In this document: positions 1-9,956 of the stretch, one piece after another
Layout of the letters: the number at the start of each line of letters is the position of its first letter
Position numbering within the stretch: the first letter of the stretch is position 1
NCBI GenBank assembly: GCA_048629055.1
Contig: JAIVTC010000048.1
Coordinates: forward strand, 1-26,702
DNA from: Candidatus Bathyarchaeota archaeon
Lineage (GTDB): Bacteria > Pseudomonadota > Gammaproteobacteria > Chromatiales > Chromatiaceae
Reading direction: 5' to 3'
Length of the DNA: 26,702 bases
The notes under the pieces: generated by a model
Told to the model about the DNA's origin: nothing
The model's input: the letters and a program-made list of their open reading frames with translations, nothing else
Database searches by the model: none
Made by a program: the position numbers and the translations under genes

Positions 1-232
1 AATGGTGCCGGAAGCCGAAGGCGATTTGACGGATATGCTGGCCTCCCTGGGGAGGGGAGAGGCGCTGGTGCTGGGCGAGGCGGCTCCTATGCCGACGCGT
101 ATCCAGGTCTACCGGCCCGATCCGCCACCCAGAAATACCGATGTGGACTATTTTACCAGTTGGCGCGAGGGTCCCGATGATCTGGATGTAGAGGGCATAG
201 TCAATTTGTGGCGCACGCAAACGCACAAGTAG
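1..232 (+). CDS. 3' end of HerA/FtsK-superfamily (DUF87-like) ATPase, partial (gene starts left of window)
   Basis: Frame is open from the window edge to TAG 230-232. The translation LTDMLASLGRGEALVLGEAAPMPTRIQV..PDPPPRNTDVDYFTSW..IVNLWRTQ resembles, from memory, the C-terminus of bacterial HerA/DUF87 ATPases. Walker motifs are not in the window. Confidence 0.6.
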   Translation, partial: MVPEAEGDLTDMLASLGRGEALVLGEAAPMPTRIQVYRPDPPPRNTDVDYFTSWREGPDDLDVEGIVNLWRTQTHK

Positions 233-236
233 AAAG

Positions 237-358
237 AAAGTTTGCAGGACAACAAAGTTTGCAGTTGGCAGTAAGAACAACAAAAAAAGTTACAGGGCGC
301 AGTAAAAAAGCTTGCGGTTCGCAATGACCCGATGAAATTTTTGCCAACTGCCAACTTT
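237..358. repeat. Short inverted/direct repeat element built on an AGTT(T/G)GC heptamer
   Basis: AAAGTTTGCAGTTGGCA (254-270) is inverted at 342-358 (TGCCAACTGCCAACTTT, 16/17 match). AAAGTTTGCAG is directly repeated at 237-247 and 254-264. Confidence 0.6.
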
Positions 359-363
359 TTTGC

Positions 364-392
364 TTGATTTTTGATCCCCCGGCAGTTATTTT
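364..392 (+). promoter_or_regulatory. Putative sigma70 promoter of rnpB
   Basis: TTGATT (364-369), 17-nt spacer, TATTTT (387-392). The predicted start at about 398-399 coincides with the 5' end of the RNase P P1 helix. Confidence 0.5.
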
Positions 393-396
393 CTAG

Positions 397-760
397 GTGG
401 GAGTCGGCCGGTTAATCGCTGTCAGTTTACTGATGGAGGAAAGTCCGGGCTCCATAGGACAGAGTGCCAGGTAACGCCTGGGCGGAGTGATCCGACGGCA
501 AGTGCAACAGAAAATATACCGCCTAAGCAGTCTGTGACTGCCGGTAAGGTTGAAATGGTGCGGTAAGAGCGCACCGCGCTGCTGGCAACAGCAGTGGCAT
601 GGTAAACCCCACTCGGAGCAAGACCAAATAGGGAAGCTTGTGTACGCACAGCCTGTGGTCCGCAGGTGGCTTTCGGGTAGGTCGCTTGAGGTATGCGGTG
701 ACGCATCACCCAGATGAATGATTATCCACGACAGAACCCGGCTTACAGGCTGGCTCCCAC
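397..760 (+). ncRNA. rnpB: RNase P RNA, bacterial type A
   Basis: Hallmark segments are present: GAGGAAAGTCCGGGCTCC, AGTGCAACAGAAA, GGTAAACCCCACTCGGAGCAAG and ACAGAACCCGGCTTA. The P1 helix GTGGGAGTCGGCC (397-409) pairs with GGCTGGCTCCCAC (748-760). Confidence 0.97.
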
Positions 761-792
761 CCCTCCCCACTTTTCATGCTTTCCGCTTTATT

Positions 793-813
793 TACCCCCT
801 TTAGGGGTATTTT
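793..813 (+). terminator. Possible intrinsic terminator downstream of rnpB
   Basis: TACCCC-CTTTA-GGGGTA stem-loop followed by TTTT. Confidence 0.35.
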
Positions 814-844
814 CCTCCCTATTTCTTCATAATTCACTTTAACT

Positions 845-868
845 TGGCCTCTCATCAGGCTGTTTTTT
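845..868 (+). terminator. Probable intrinsic terminator between rnpB and the dcw promoter
   Basis: (TG)GCCT-CTCATC-AGGC(TG) hairpin followed by TTTTTT (863-868). Confidence 0.5.
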
Positions 869-927
869 ATGCAGATGATCGATTGGTTCTAAGTTATTGT
901 TAATTATCAATTTTTTCTGCTTTTGCC

Positions 928-956
928 TTGACCAATGTGGGTATAGCATCTATTAT
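928..956 (+). promoter_or_regulatory. sigma70 promoter of the mraZ/dcw operon
   Basis: TTGACC (928-933), 17-nt spacer, TATTAT (951-956), immediately upstream of MraZ-type boxes. Confidence 0.7.
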
Positions 957-965
957 TCCCATTAA

Positions 966-980
966 GTGGGGGAAAGTGGG
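966..980 (+). promoter_or_regulatory. MraZ operator (GTGGG direct repeats at 10-bp pitch)
   Basis: GTGGG at 966-970 and 976-980, plus another at 937-941 in the promoter spacer. This matches the known TGGG/GTGG repeats with 10-bp periodicity that MraZ binds upstream of dcw operons. Confidence 0.7.
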
Positions 981-1199
981 GAATTTAGGCGTTTCCTGCT
1001 TCTTAATAACAAACCAAGTAATCTCTGTATAGGCCCATGGGATGGGGGTTCGGGGGAAGGGGGAACCGGACGTCCCCTTTATAACGCATTGATAGTGAGC
1101 CCTTCCCCCGTAGAAAAACTTGTAGGAATACTCTGTTCGAGGCGCGAAGCGACTTGACCAGAGCTTCCTTAATAAAGAAAAACACCAACTGAGTCACCC

Positions 1200-1667
1200 A
1201 TGTACTTCGGAACCAATCTTGTCAAGCTGGATACCAAGGGGCGCGTTGCCATTCCTGCGCGTCACCGTGAAGGTCTGCGTAACAGCGGTGGCTCCCGGGT
1301 GGCAGTGACGATTCATCCAACGGGTGATAAATGTTTGTGGATGTATCCCTGGGATGAATGGGAGAAAACCGCGGAGGTGGTGGCGAATCTCCCGTCTCTG
1401 AACAGGCAGAATGCACAACTGCAGCGTATTTTATTTTCCAATCTGTTTGAACTGGATCTTGACGGACAGGGGCGGATTCTGCTCCCGCAGCGTCATCGTG
1501 CGCATGCAGGACTGGAGGCTGGTGAGCAGATTGCAATTATCGGCCAGGGACGCAAACTTGAGATCTGGTCGCAGCAGATGGCGCAACAGGTTGAAGAGGA
1601 GAACATATTGGCTTTACAGGATCCTGACTCGGAAGTCTCGGCAGAAATTGAAAACCTGAATCTGTAG
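1200..1667 (+). CDS. mraZ: Division/cell wall cluster transcriptional repressor MraZ
   Basis: 155 aa with two AbrB-like repeats carrying DxxGR motifs (LDTKGRV, LDGQGRI); first gene of the dcw cluster. Confidence 0.95.
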   Translation: MYFGTNLVKLDTKGRVAIPARHREGLRNSGGSRVAVTIHPTGDKCLWMYPWDEWEKTAEVVANLPSLNRQNAQLQRILFSNLFELDLDGQGRILLPQRHRAHAGLEAGEQIAIIGQGRKLEIWSQQMAQQVEEENILALQDPDSEVSAEIENLNL

Positions 1668-1671
1668 CCGG

Positions 1672-2610
1672 GTGACGAATTCACTCAATCATCTGCCAGT
1701 TTTACTGCACGAGGCAGTCGATGCACTTGCAATCAAGCCAGACGGAATCTATGTGGATGCAACATTTGGCCGTGGCGGGCATAGTTCGTTGATTCTGCAG
1801 CGGCTTGGCGCCGATGGACGTTTAGTGGCGCTGGATCGTGATCCGGATGCAATTAAGAGCGCTGCTGCAGTGATTGGAGATGATCCGCGTTTTTCGATCG
1901 AACACGCATCGTTTGACGCACTTGAGAATATTTGCGTGAAACTGGGGCTTAAGGGGGCGATTGATGGTGTACTGCTGGATCTTGGGGTTTCATCTCCGCA
2001 ACTGGAGGATGCGCAACGGGGCTTTAGTTTTATGCGCGATGGACCGCTGGATATGCGCATGAATCCGGATGACGATTTGTCAGCAGCAACATGGCTGTTT
2101 GAGGCGTCACAAAAGGAGATCAAGCAGGTGTTGAGCGAATATGGCGAGGAGAGATTCTCCGGGCGCATTGCCGCCGCCATCGTAGCGCAGCGGCAAGAGA
2201 GGCCGTTGATGACAACTAGAGAGCTTGCAGCGTTGATCGAGCAGGCTGTACCGCGAAAAGAGCCGGGGAAACATCCGGCTACACGCACTTTTCAGGCAAT
2301 AAGGATACGCATCAACCAGGAGCTGCAGCAACTCGCGGCTGTGCTTGAACAGGCATTATCAATACTCGGGCCGGGAGGCCGGCTGTCAGTGATCAGCTTC
2401 CATTCACTGGAGGATAGAATCGTCAAACGCTTCCTGCGTAACCACTCACGTGCCGATACGCTGCCAAAAGGCGTTCCTGTGATGGCTTCGCAATTGCAAC
2501 AGCCTCAATTGCATTTGGTGGGTAAGGCTGTGACACCTTCACGTGAGGAGATCAGGAAGAATCCGCGTGCGCGCAGCTCCCGCTTGAGAGTTGCGGAGAA
2601 ATCTGCGTGA
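1672..2610 (+). CDS. rsmH: 16S rRNA m4C1402 methyltransferase RsmH (MraW)
   Basis: [51 protein letters not shown] and NPRARS motifs; GTG start. Confidence 0.98.
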   Translation: MTNSLNHLPVLLHEAVDALAIKPDGIYVDATFGRGGHSSLILQRLGADGRLVALDRDPDAIKSAAAVIGDDPRFSIEHASFDALENICVKLGLKGAIDGVLLDLGVSSPQLEDAQRGFSFMRDGPLDMRMNPDDDLSAATWLFEASQKEIKQVLSEYGEERFSGRIAAAIVAQRQERPLMTTRELAALIEQAVPRKEPGKHPATRTFQAIRIRINQELQQLAAVLEQALSILGPGGRLSVISFHSLEDRIVKRFLRNHSRADTLPKGVPVMASQLQQPQLHLVGKAVTPSREEIRKNPRARSSRLRVAEKSA

Positions 2611-2882
2611 GCGGTAGCCGCATGCTGCTGATCGCCGCTTTGCTGGTAGTTATTGTGTGGACGGCGTTAAAGGTTGTCGAGGCAAAGCAGCAAACACGTC
2701 AACTGTTTGCAGTCCGTGAAGCATTGCGCACAGAGGTTGATGAGTTGAACGTGACGCAGGGGCAGTTGCAGGTTGAATTGGCGACCTTTGCTGATTATGG
2801 ACGTATCGAAAAAAGTGCGCGAAACAAGCTGCAAATGCGCACCCCGGATATGCAAGAGATAGAGGTTCTGGAAATAGAGTAA
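2607..2882 (+). CDS. ftsL: Cell division protein FtsL
   Basis: 91 aa: one N-terminal TM helix, leucine-heptad coiled coil, [15 protein letters not shown] tail; lies between rsmH and ftsI. Confidence 0.9.
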   Translation: MSGSRMLLIAALLVVIVWTALKVVEAKQQTRQLFAVREALRTEVDELNVTQGQLQVELATFADYGRIEKSARNKLQMRTPDMQEIEVLEIE

Positions 2883-4657
2883 TGGCGGGGAAACGGCGAC
2901 AAAACAAGGGCAGGCAGGCGCGGCGGACGGAAAAGACGACCGTCCCCGGCTTTGCTGTGCGTCGTCGTTTAATGGTTGGAGGCTTGCTGTGTGCTGCCGC
3001 TCTGTTAATTGCCGGCGCATGGTACCAGCAAATTGTGCGCACAGATTTTTTACAGAAGAAGGGTGATTACAAGCACATCAGTTATGTGGATGTGCCGGCG
3101 CGACGCGGCAGAATTCTCGATCGCAACGATGAGGTGCTGGCTGTGAGCAACCCGGTAGACTCTGTATGGGCCGATCCGAGAATCCTGCCCCAGGATAATG
3201 AGACTGTCAAAATTCTTGCACAGGCATTAAACATGAATGCCGATGATCTGCGCCAGAAACTCTCACGTTACCGCAACAAGCATTTTTTTTATCTGGCCCG
3301 CTGGATGAATCCAGCTGACGCACGCAAGGTGATGGCGATAATCAAACACAAAGGAGTCAAAGGAGTTGGCTTGCAGCGTGAATACCGCCGTTACTACCCG
3401 GCCGGTGAATATTTCTCGCATGTGATCGGCTTTTCCGGGCGTGATGAAAGAGGATTGGAGGGACTTGAGTTTCAATATGATGAAGAGTTGAATGCCGAGG
3501 CGGGACGCAAGCTGGTTTTAAAAGACGCCAAGCGGCGCCTGTTGGCAAATGTTGCAAGTATTCGCATGCCGCAGGGTGGCAAGGATATTGTGCTGAGCCT
3601 GGATCGCCGTTTACAGTTCTATGCCTATCGGGCGCTGAAAAAAGCGGTTGTCAAACATCAGGCCAAGTCTGCATCACTGGTGATGCTGGATGTCGATAGT
3701 GGCGAAGTGCTGGCGATGGTGAGCCAGCCCTCCTATAACCCGAATGCCAGCCGTGGCAATCTCGGAGGGAAAGTGCGCAATCGTCCCATCATCGACACTT
3801 TTGAACCTGGTTCCACGATGAAGCCGCTGACGCTTGCCGCCGCCATGGAGCTTGGTTACATCACCGAAAAAACCAAAATTGACACTGGCAAGGGGTTTAT
3901 CAAGATTGGCAGGAATAAGGTGAGCGATCCAAAACGTTATGGCGTACTCGACCCTGCAGGCGTACTGCGCCGCTCCAGTAATGTGGGGTCGGCAACCATC
4001 GCTTTGAAAATGCCGGAAAAAGATCATTGGAAAATGTTGGATCGCTATGGTTTTGGACAACAGGTGATGATTGATTTTCCCGGTGAAGCAAGCGGGCTTT
4101 TGCGTGACTACGGCTTATGGAGGCGCATCGATCAGGCTACGCTGGCGTTTGGTTATGGTCTCTCTGTATCAACGTTGCAACTGGCGCAGGCCTATTCAAT
4201 TCTTGCTGCAGACGGCATCCGGCGTCCACTCTCCCTGTTGCGCGTCGACAAACCGGTTCAGGGAGAGCGGGTGCTCTCCGTCGAGACGGCGAGGTCATTG
4301 CGTAAGATGATGGAGGGAGTGGTTTCTGCACAGGGAACGGCGCCAAAGGCGGCCGTGAGTGGTTACCGGGTTGCCGGTAAAACCGGAACGGTTATCAAAC
4401 TGGGGACGCAGGGATATACAGATACGAACAAAAAATACCGTGCACTGTTTGCGGGAATGGCGCCGGCGACAGCTCCAAAACTGGTGATGGTGATTGTCTT
4501 CGATGAGCCGCGCAAAAATGGATTTTACGGGGGCCAGGTGGCAGCACCTGTCTTCTCTGAAGTGATGGGTCATGCATTGAGACTGTTGAATGTTGCTCCT
4601 GATAAAAAGCAAGCCAATGCTGAGTTGCAGGTGGCGAGTGCCGGAGGTGTGCAATGA
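2882..4657 (+). CDS. ftsI: Peptidoglycan D,D-transpeptidase FtsI (PBP3)
   Basis: N-terminal TM anchor, RRGRILDRN, EPGSTMK (SxxK), SSN (SxN) and KTGT motifs. Confidence 0.97.
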   Translation: MAGKRRQNKGRQARRTEKTTVPGFAVRRRLMVGGLLCAAALLIAGAWYQQIVRTDFLQKKGDYKHISYVDVPARRGRILDRNDEVLAVSNPVDSVWADPRILPQDNETVKILAQALNMNADDLRQKLSRYRNKHFFYLARWMNPADARKVMAIIKHKGVKGVGLQREYRRYYPAGEYFSHVIGFSGRDERGLEGLEFQYDEELNAEAGRKLVLKDAKRRLLANVASIRMPQGGKDIVLSLDRRLQFYAYRALKKAVVKHQAKSASLVMLDVDSGEVLAMVSQPSYNPNASRGNLGGKVRNRPIIDTFEPGSTMKPLTLAAAMELGYITEKTKIDTGKGFIKIGRNKVSDPKRYGVLDPAGVLRRSSNVGSATIALKMPEKDHWKMLDRYGFGQQVMIDFPGEASGLLRDYGLWRRIDQATLAFGYGLSVSTLQLAQAYSILAADGIRRPLSLLRVDKPVQGERVLSVETARSLRKMMEGVVSAQGTAPKAAVSGYRVAGKTGTVIKLGTQGYTDTNKKYRALFAGMAPATAPKLVMVIVFDEPRKNGFYGGQVAAPVFSEVMGHALRLLNVAPDKKQANAELQVASAGGVQ

Positions 4658-6132
4658 TGCCGGCGGCACTGTTGTCAAATACTATCCGGCTTGGAGAACT
4701 GCTTGACGACCTGAAACCGGAGCTGGCGCAGCTTGCTGTCACTGCTCTCTCGCTGGACAGCCGCAGGCTGACTTCAGGATCACTGTTCATTGCGCTCCCG
4801 GGAACCCGCGGGCATGGGTTGGATTATCTGCAGCAGGCGCTTGATGCCGGATGTGCCGCTGTTGTGGCTGAAATTGACGATGCGTGGAGTAGAGAGCGCA
4901 TCGAGGCGTTGAGTATTGCTATTCCTGTGATTGCCGCAGGCAGCGTCCATGCCGGCGGTATTGCTGCAAAATTCTATGCTGATCCCTCTGCGCAGCTGAC
5001 GATCATTGGATACACCGGTACCAATGGTAAAACCACCTGTGCCTGGCTGACAGCGGGGGTACTGGAAAATTGCGCCATGATCGGAACGCTTGGCAATGGT
5101 GTGCCTGGTTCTCTGCAGCAGGCAACGCACACCACGCCTGATGCGATTACGTTGCAGCAGATGTTTGCTGATTATCTGCAAACGGGTATTACTGCAGTCG
5201 CGATGGAGGTCTCCTCCCATGCGCTGGATCAGGAGAGAGTTGATGGCGTGCATATTGATGTGGCTGTGTTCACCAATCTCAGTCGTGACCACCTCGATTA
5301 TCACAGCACCATGCAGGCGTATGGTGAAGCCAAGCGGAAGTTGTTCCGCATGCCGGGTTTGAGTTGCGTTGTGATCAATATGGATGATCCGTATGGTCGA
5401 CAAATCAGGGAGGGTCTTGATCCGGGGATGTGCTGTATCACCGTTGGCGTGAATACCATGGATGCGCAGTTGCGGGCATCACATATACGTCAGACGCAGC
5501 AGGGTCTCAAAATGGTTCTGCACTATAAGCATCAGCAGGTGGTTTTAGAGTCTCCGCTGATCGGGCGCTTCAATGTCGATAACCTGCTGTCAGTGGCGGG
5601 AGCGTTGATTGCCGCCGGAGTGCCTCTGGTGCAGTTGATCAAACGTCTCTCCAGTGTGCCGGCAGTTCCCGGGCGTATGGAGCGTTTTGCTGGTGAGAAT
5701 CAGCCGTTGGTGGTGGTTGATTATGCACATACCCCGGATGCATTGAAAAATGCACTGCTTGCTGCTCGCGAACATACCGATGGCGAACTCATTTGCGTAT
5801 TTGGCTGCGGCGGTGATCGCGACGCGGGCAAGCGTCCATTGATGGGGGCAGTCGCAGAAGAGCTGGCGGACCGGGTTATTGTGACGGATGACAATCCCCG
5901 CAGCGAGTCCGGCGACGCCATCATCGAACAGATTTTGTGCGGCATGAAACATCCGGCCCGGGTTGTGCGTGATCGCCAACAGGCGATCTCCATCGCCATC
6001 ACACAGGCTTCGGCTGGGGATCTGGTGCTGGTCGCAGGGAAGGGGCATGAAGATGTGCAGGTTATTGGTGATCAGCGCCATCACTTCAGTGACAGGGAAG
6101 TGGTTGCAGCGATTTTGGGAGAGTTGCAATGA
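4654..6132 (+). CDS. murE: UDP-MurNAc-tripeptide synthetase MurE (meso-DAP type)
   Basis: TGTNGKTT, MEVSSHALDQ, NLSRDHLDYH and DYAHTPDAL motifs; DNPR motif indicates meso-DAP specificity. Confidence 0.97.
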   Translation: MMPAALLSNTIRLGELLDDLKPELAQLAVTALSLDSRRLTSGSLFIALPGTRGHGLDYLQQALDAGCAAVVAEIDDAWSRERIEALSIAIPVIAAGSVHAGGIAAKFYADPSAQLTIIGYTGTNGKTTCAWLTAGVLENCAMIGTLGNGVPGSLQQATHTTPDAITLQQMFADYLQTGITAVAMEVSSHALDQERVDGVHIDVAVFTNLSRDHLDYHSTMQAYGEAKRKLFRMPGLSCVVINMDDPYGRQIREGLDPGMCCITVGVNTMDAQLRASHIRQTQQGLKMVLHYKHQQVVLESPLIGRFNVDNLLSVAGALIAAGVPLVQLIKRLSSVPAVPGRMERFAGENQPLVVVDYAHTPDALKNALLAAREHTDGELICVFGCGGDRDAGKRPLMGAVAEELADRVIVTDDNPRSESGDAIIEQILCGMKHPARVVRDRQQAISIAITQASAGDLVLVAGKGHEDVQVIGDQRHHFSDREVVAAILGELQ

Positions 6133-7502
6133 TCGATTTCTCGGTCAGCGAGGCAGCAGCCATCCTGCAGGGAGAGGTCGTCAATGGTGAAGCACGTTTT
6201 AATGCCGTGAGTACAGACAGTCGAACTCTCGATGGAGAGGCGCTGTTTGTAGCAATTCCGGGTGAGCATTTTGACGGTCATGACTATGTGGCAATGGCAG
6301 CACAACAGGGGGCTGTTGCCGCATTGGTTGACAGAGAGATAGAGAGTGACATCCCGCAGATCATCGTTGCTGATGTGCGCCTTGCATTGCTGCAACTCGC
6401 CGCTGCGTGGCGCAGCAAGTCGGATGCAGTCGTCATTGCATTGACCGGCAGCAATGGAAAAACCACTGTCAAGGAGATGATTGCCGCGATTTTATCCCTG
6501 CAGGGCAGCGTGCTCGCAACCCTCGGCAACCTGAACAACGACATCGGCGTGCCGCTGACCCTGACTCGATTGCAGAACCATGAGTTTGCGGTGATCGAGA
6601 TGGGTGCGAATCATGCACAGGAGATCCACCAACTCAGTGTCACTGCCTCTCCGCATGTGGCGCTGCTGAATAATGCCGGGCGAGCCCATCTCGAAGGTTT
6701 TGGCTCCATAGAAGGGGTTGCCCGCTCCAAGGGTGAGATTGTCGATGGACTCGCCGCGAATGGCATTTTTGTGTGCAATGGCGACAGTCAATGGCTGCCG
6801 CTGTGGCGCGAACTGGCTGCTGATCATGAGGTCATTACATTCGGTCAGACAGAGGCCTGTGATGTGCGTCTTGAAAAAAACTCATCGACAGCGCAGTGGA
6901 GTGAGAGAGGCTTTGAGCAGCAGTTTGATGTGCATGCCGGCACACAGCGTTTCCGGCTGCAACTGCCGCTGGCGGGAGAACACAATCGTATGAATGCGCT
7001 GGCTGCCGTGGCGGTGTGTGTTGCACTGAAGATTGATCATACACTGATCCATGATGGTCTGAAGTCTATCCGGCCTGTGCCGGGGCGGCTTTTTCCCTGC
7101 CGCAGTGCTGCGGGAGTGCGCATTATTGATGATACCTATAATGCCAACCCGGACTCGGTCACGGCGGCGATAACGGTGCTGGGGGGTTTTTCCGCACACA
7201 GGGTGCTGGTGCTTGGTGATCTGGCTGAGTTGGGAGGCGATGTTGAAGCCATCCATGCTGATCTTGGAAGAGTTGCGGCGGAGCGTGGCATCGACAGACT
7301 CTATACGCTCGGGCCGATGAGCGCCGCTGCCGCCGCCGCCTTTGGCGACAATGGCTTTGCCTTTAATGACATCGATGCATTGAATAATGCCCTGCAATCG
7401 CAACTGGATGATCAGCATATCGTACTGGTCAAAGGTTCACGCGCCGCTCGTATGGAGCGTGTTGTTGAGGCGTTGACAACAAATGAGGATATCGGATGCT
7501 GA
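6129..7502 (+). CDS. murF: UDP-MurNAc-pentapeptide synthetase MurF
   Basis: [40 protein letters not shown] and VKGSR motifs. Confidence 0.97.
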   Translation: MIDFSVSEAAAILQGEVVNGEARFNAVSTDSRTLDGEALFVAIPGEHFDGHDYVAMAAQQGAVAALVDREIESDIPQIIVADVRLALLQLAAAWRSKSDAVVIALTGSNGKTTVKEMIAAILSLQGSVLATLGNLNNDIGVPLTLTRLQNHEFAVIEMGANHAQEIHQLSVTASPHVALLNNAGRAHLEGFGSIEGVARSKGEIVDGLAANGIFVCNGDSQWLPLWRELAADHEVITFGQTEACDVRLEKNSSTAQWSERGFEQQFDVHAGTQRFRLQLPLAGEHNRMNALAAVAVCVALKIDHTLIHDGLKSIRPVPGRLFPCRSAAGVRIIDDTYNANPDSVTAAITVLGGFSAHRVLVLGDLAELGGDVEAIHADLGRVAAERGIDRLYTLGPMSAAAAAAFGDNGFAFNDIDALNNALQSQLDDQHIVLVKGSRAARMERVVEALTTNEDIGC

Positions 7503-8575
7503 TCTATCTGGCTGACTATCTGGCGCAATTCGAGAGTGGATTCAGCGTCTTTCAATATCAGACGCTGCGCATCATCCTCAGTGTGTTGACGGCGTTGGTG
7601 GTCTCTTTTGTGATTGGACCGGCAATGATTCGCAAGCTTGCCACCTACAAGGGGCAGCCGGTGCGAAATGACGGGCCGGAGAGCCATTTCGCCAAGGCGG
7701 GAACACCGACCATGGGCGGTGCGTTGATTCTGGTTGCAGTCAGTGTCAGCACCCTGCTGTGGGCGGATCTGGGAAACCGTTATGTGTGGATCGTTCTGCT
7801 GACCACGTTGGCATTTGGCGGTGTGGGACTGGTGGATGATTACAAGAAGCTGGTCAGGCAGGATCCCAAAGGGCTTGCCTCCCGCTATAAATATCTGTGG
7901 CAGTCGTTGTTTGGCTTTGCTGCGGCCATGGCGCTCTACCTCACCGCAACAGAGCCGCAGGAGACACAGCTGTTTGTTCCCTTTTTCAAGGATGTGGCAT
8001 TGGACCTGGGCATCTTCTATGTGGTGCTGGCCTACTTTGTCATCGTTGGCACCTCCAATGCGGTCAATCTGACTGATGGCCTGGATGGTCTGGCGATTGT
8101 ACCGACGATCCTGGTTGCCGGAGGCTTGATGATTTTTGCCTACCTCTCCGGACACGTCAAGTTCGCAGAGTATTTGCAGATCCCCTATCTCTCCGGGGTC
8201 GGCGAGGTGGCCATCTTTTGCGCAGCACTGCTGGGCGCAGGCATCGGTTTCCTGTGGTTCAACACCCATCCTGCAATGGTCTTTATGGGAGATATCGGAG
8301 CACTTGCAATCGGCGCGGCGCTTGGCGTGGTCGCTGTTGCAGTGCGTCAGGAGCTGGTGCTGATGATCATGGGCGGAATTTTTGTGGTCGAGACATTGTC
8401 GGTCATTATTCAGGTCGCCTCGTTCAAAATGACAGGCAAACGCGTGTTTCGCATGGCGCCGTTGCACCATCACTACGAACTCAAAGGGTGGCCGGAACCG
8501 CGAGTCATTGTCAGGTTCTGGATTATCAGTCTTATCCTGGTGTTGATCGGACTCGCGACATTGAAACTTCGATAA
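7496..8575 (+). CDS. mraY: Phospho-MurNAc-pentapeptide transferase MraY
   Basis: [33 protein letters not shown] and [13 protein letters not shown] motifs; polytopic membrane protein. Confidence 0.98.
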   Translation: MLIYLADYLAQFESGFSVFQYQTLRIILSVLTALVVSFVIGPAMIRKLATYKGQPVRNDGPESHFAKAGTPTMGGALILVAVSVSTLLWADLGNRYVWIVLLTTLAFGGVGLVDDYKKLVRQDPKGLASRYKYLWQSLFGFAAAMALYLTATEPQETQLFVPFFKDVALDLGIFYVVLAYFVIVGTSNAVNLTDGLDGLAIVPTILVAGGLMIFAYLSGHVKFAEYLQIPYLSGVGEVAIFCAALLGAGIGFLWFNTHPAMVFMGDIGALAIGAALGVVAVAVRQELVLMIMGGIFVVETLSVIIQVASFKMTGKRVFRMAPLHHHYELKGWPEPRVIVRFWIISLILVLIGLATLKLR

Positions 8576-8585
8576 CAGATTTCTA

Positions 8586-9956
8586 ATGAGCACAGCAATC
8601 GAGAGCAACGATATCAAGCAGCAGATGGAAGCCCCCATGACCCTGGTAGTGGGTCTGGGGTCTACCGGACTCTCTTGCGTGCGTTTTTTGGCGGGCGGCG
8701 ATCTCCGGCTGGCTGTGATCGATAGTCGCGATCATCCACCGGGTTTGCAGCAGCTGCACGATGAATTCCCGCATGTGGCGCTCTTCACCGGCGCTTTTGA
8801 GGCGAATATTTTCGAGGCTGCACAGCGTCTGATCGTGAGCCCCGGCGTCTCCCTGAAAGAGCCGGTGATACAGCAGGCTATCGCGCGCGGCATTGAGGTG
8901 ATTGGTGATGTCGAGCTGTTTTTGCGTGAAGTCAGCGTGCCAGTCGTAGCGATTACCGGCTCCAACGGCAAGAGTACGGTGACGACTCTGCTGGGAGAGA
9001 TGGCGAAAATCGCCGCTCTGCGCGCCGGTGTTGGAGGAAATCTCGGTACGCCGGTGCTGGAGCTGCTGAATGAGGAAAATGAACTCTACATCCTGGAACT
9101 CTCCAGTTTTCAGCTGGAGACAATTCACAGCTTGCGAGCCAAAGCCGCTGTCATTCTGAATCTCAGCGCTGACCATATGGATCGTTATGACTCTTATGAA
9201 GAGTACGTGCAGGCAAAAGCGGTGATTTACCGCAATGCCGAAACTGCAGTTGTCAATCTGGATGATGCTGCCGCTCAGCAGCTGGCGGAAAATGTTCACA
9301 CCATCAGCTTTGGCATGCAGGCTCCACAAGCGGATCAATACGGTATCTGTGATATTGACGGCGTGCAGTGGTTGTGCAGAGGAGAGCAGCTGTTGCTGCA
9401 AACTTCTGCAATCCCTGCTGCCGGAAAACACAACCAGGCAAATGCGCTGGCTGCGCTGGCGCTTGGAGAAGCTGTTGGACTGCCTATGGATGCCATGCTG
9501 CTGGCCATCAGGAGTTTTCGCGGGCTTGCCCACCGTACATGGTTTGTTGCTGAAATCGATCATGTGCGCTGGTACAACGACTCCAAAGGGACAAATGTCG
9601 GCGCTTGTATCGCTGCACTGGAAGGGCTGGATATGGAGGATGAGAGCCGCTCCATCCTGATTGCAGGAGGTGATTGCAAAGGGGCTGATTTTTCTCCACT
9701 CGCGGCTCTGTTGCCAGCCTATGTGCGCGCCCTGGTGCTGATCGGACGCGATGCGCCTGACATCGACAAAGCTGTCGGCGGGGCTGTGCCTGGTGTCAAT
9801 GCCGTCGATATGAATGAGGCAGTCAGGCTCGCTGCCGGTCTCGCTCATCCGGGTGACAGGGTGTTGTTGTCGCCAGCCTGCGCCAGTTTTGATATGTATC
9901 AGAATTATATGCAGCGCGGCGAAGCTTTCATGGAAGCAGTCGGGAGGCTCGGTTGA
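8586..9956 (+). CDS. murD: UDP-MurNAc-L-Ala--D-Glu ligase MurD
   Basis: GLGSTG, VSPG, TGSNGKSTVT, ELSSFQLE, NLSADHMDRY, NDSKGTN and LSPACASFD motifs. Confidence 0.97.
   Translation: MSTAIESNDIKQQMEAPMTLVVGLGSTGLSCVRFLAGGDLRLAVIDSRDHPPGLQQLHDEFPHVALFTGAFEANIFEAAQRLIVSPGVSLKEPVIQQAIARGIEVIGDVELFLREVSVPVVAITGSNGKSTVTTLLGEMAKIAALRAGVGGNLGTPVLELLNEENELYILELSSFQLETIHSLRAKAAVILNLSADHMDRYDSYEEYVQAKAVIYRNAETAVVNLDDAAAQQLAENVHTISFGMQAPQADQYGICDIDGVQWLCRGEQLLLQTSAIPAAGKHNQANALAALALGEAVGLPMDAMLLAIRSFRGLAHRTWFVAEIDHVRWYNDSKGTNVGACIAALEGLDMEDESRSILIAGGDCKGADFSPLAALLPAYVRALVLIGRDAPDIDKAVGGAVPGVNAVDMNEAVRLAAGLAHPGDRVLLSPACASFDMYQNYMQRGEAFMEAVGRLG

Noticed and set aside
393-770. Minus-strand ORFs of 125 and 95 aa
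   Set aside because: They overlap rnpB entirely and are commonly mis-called hypothetical proteins.
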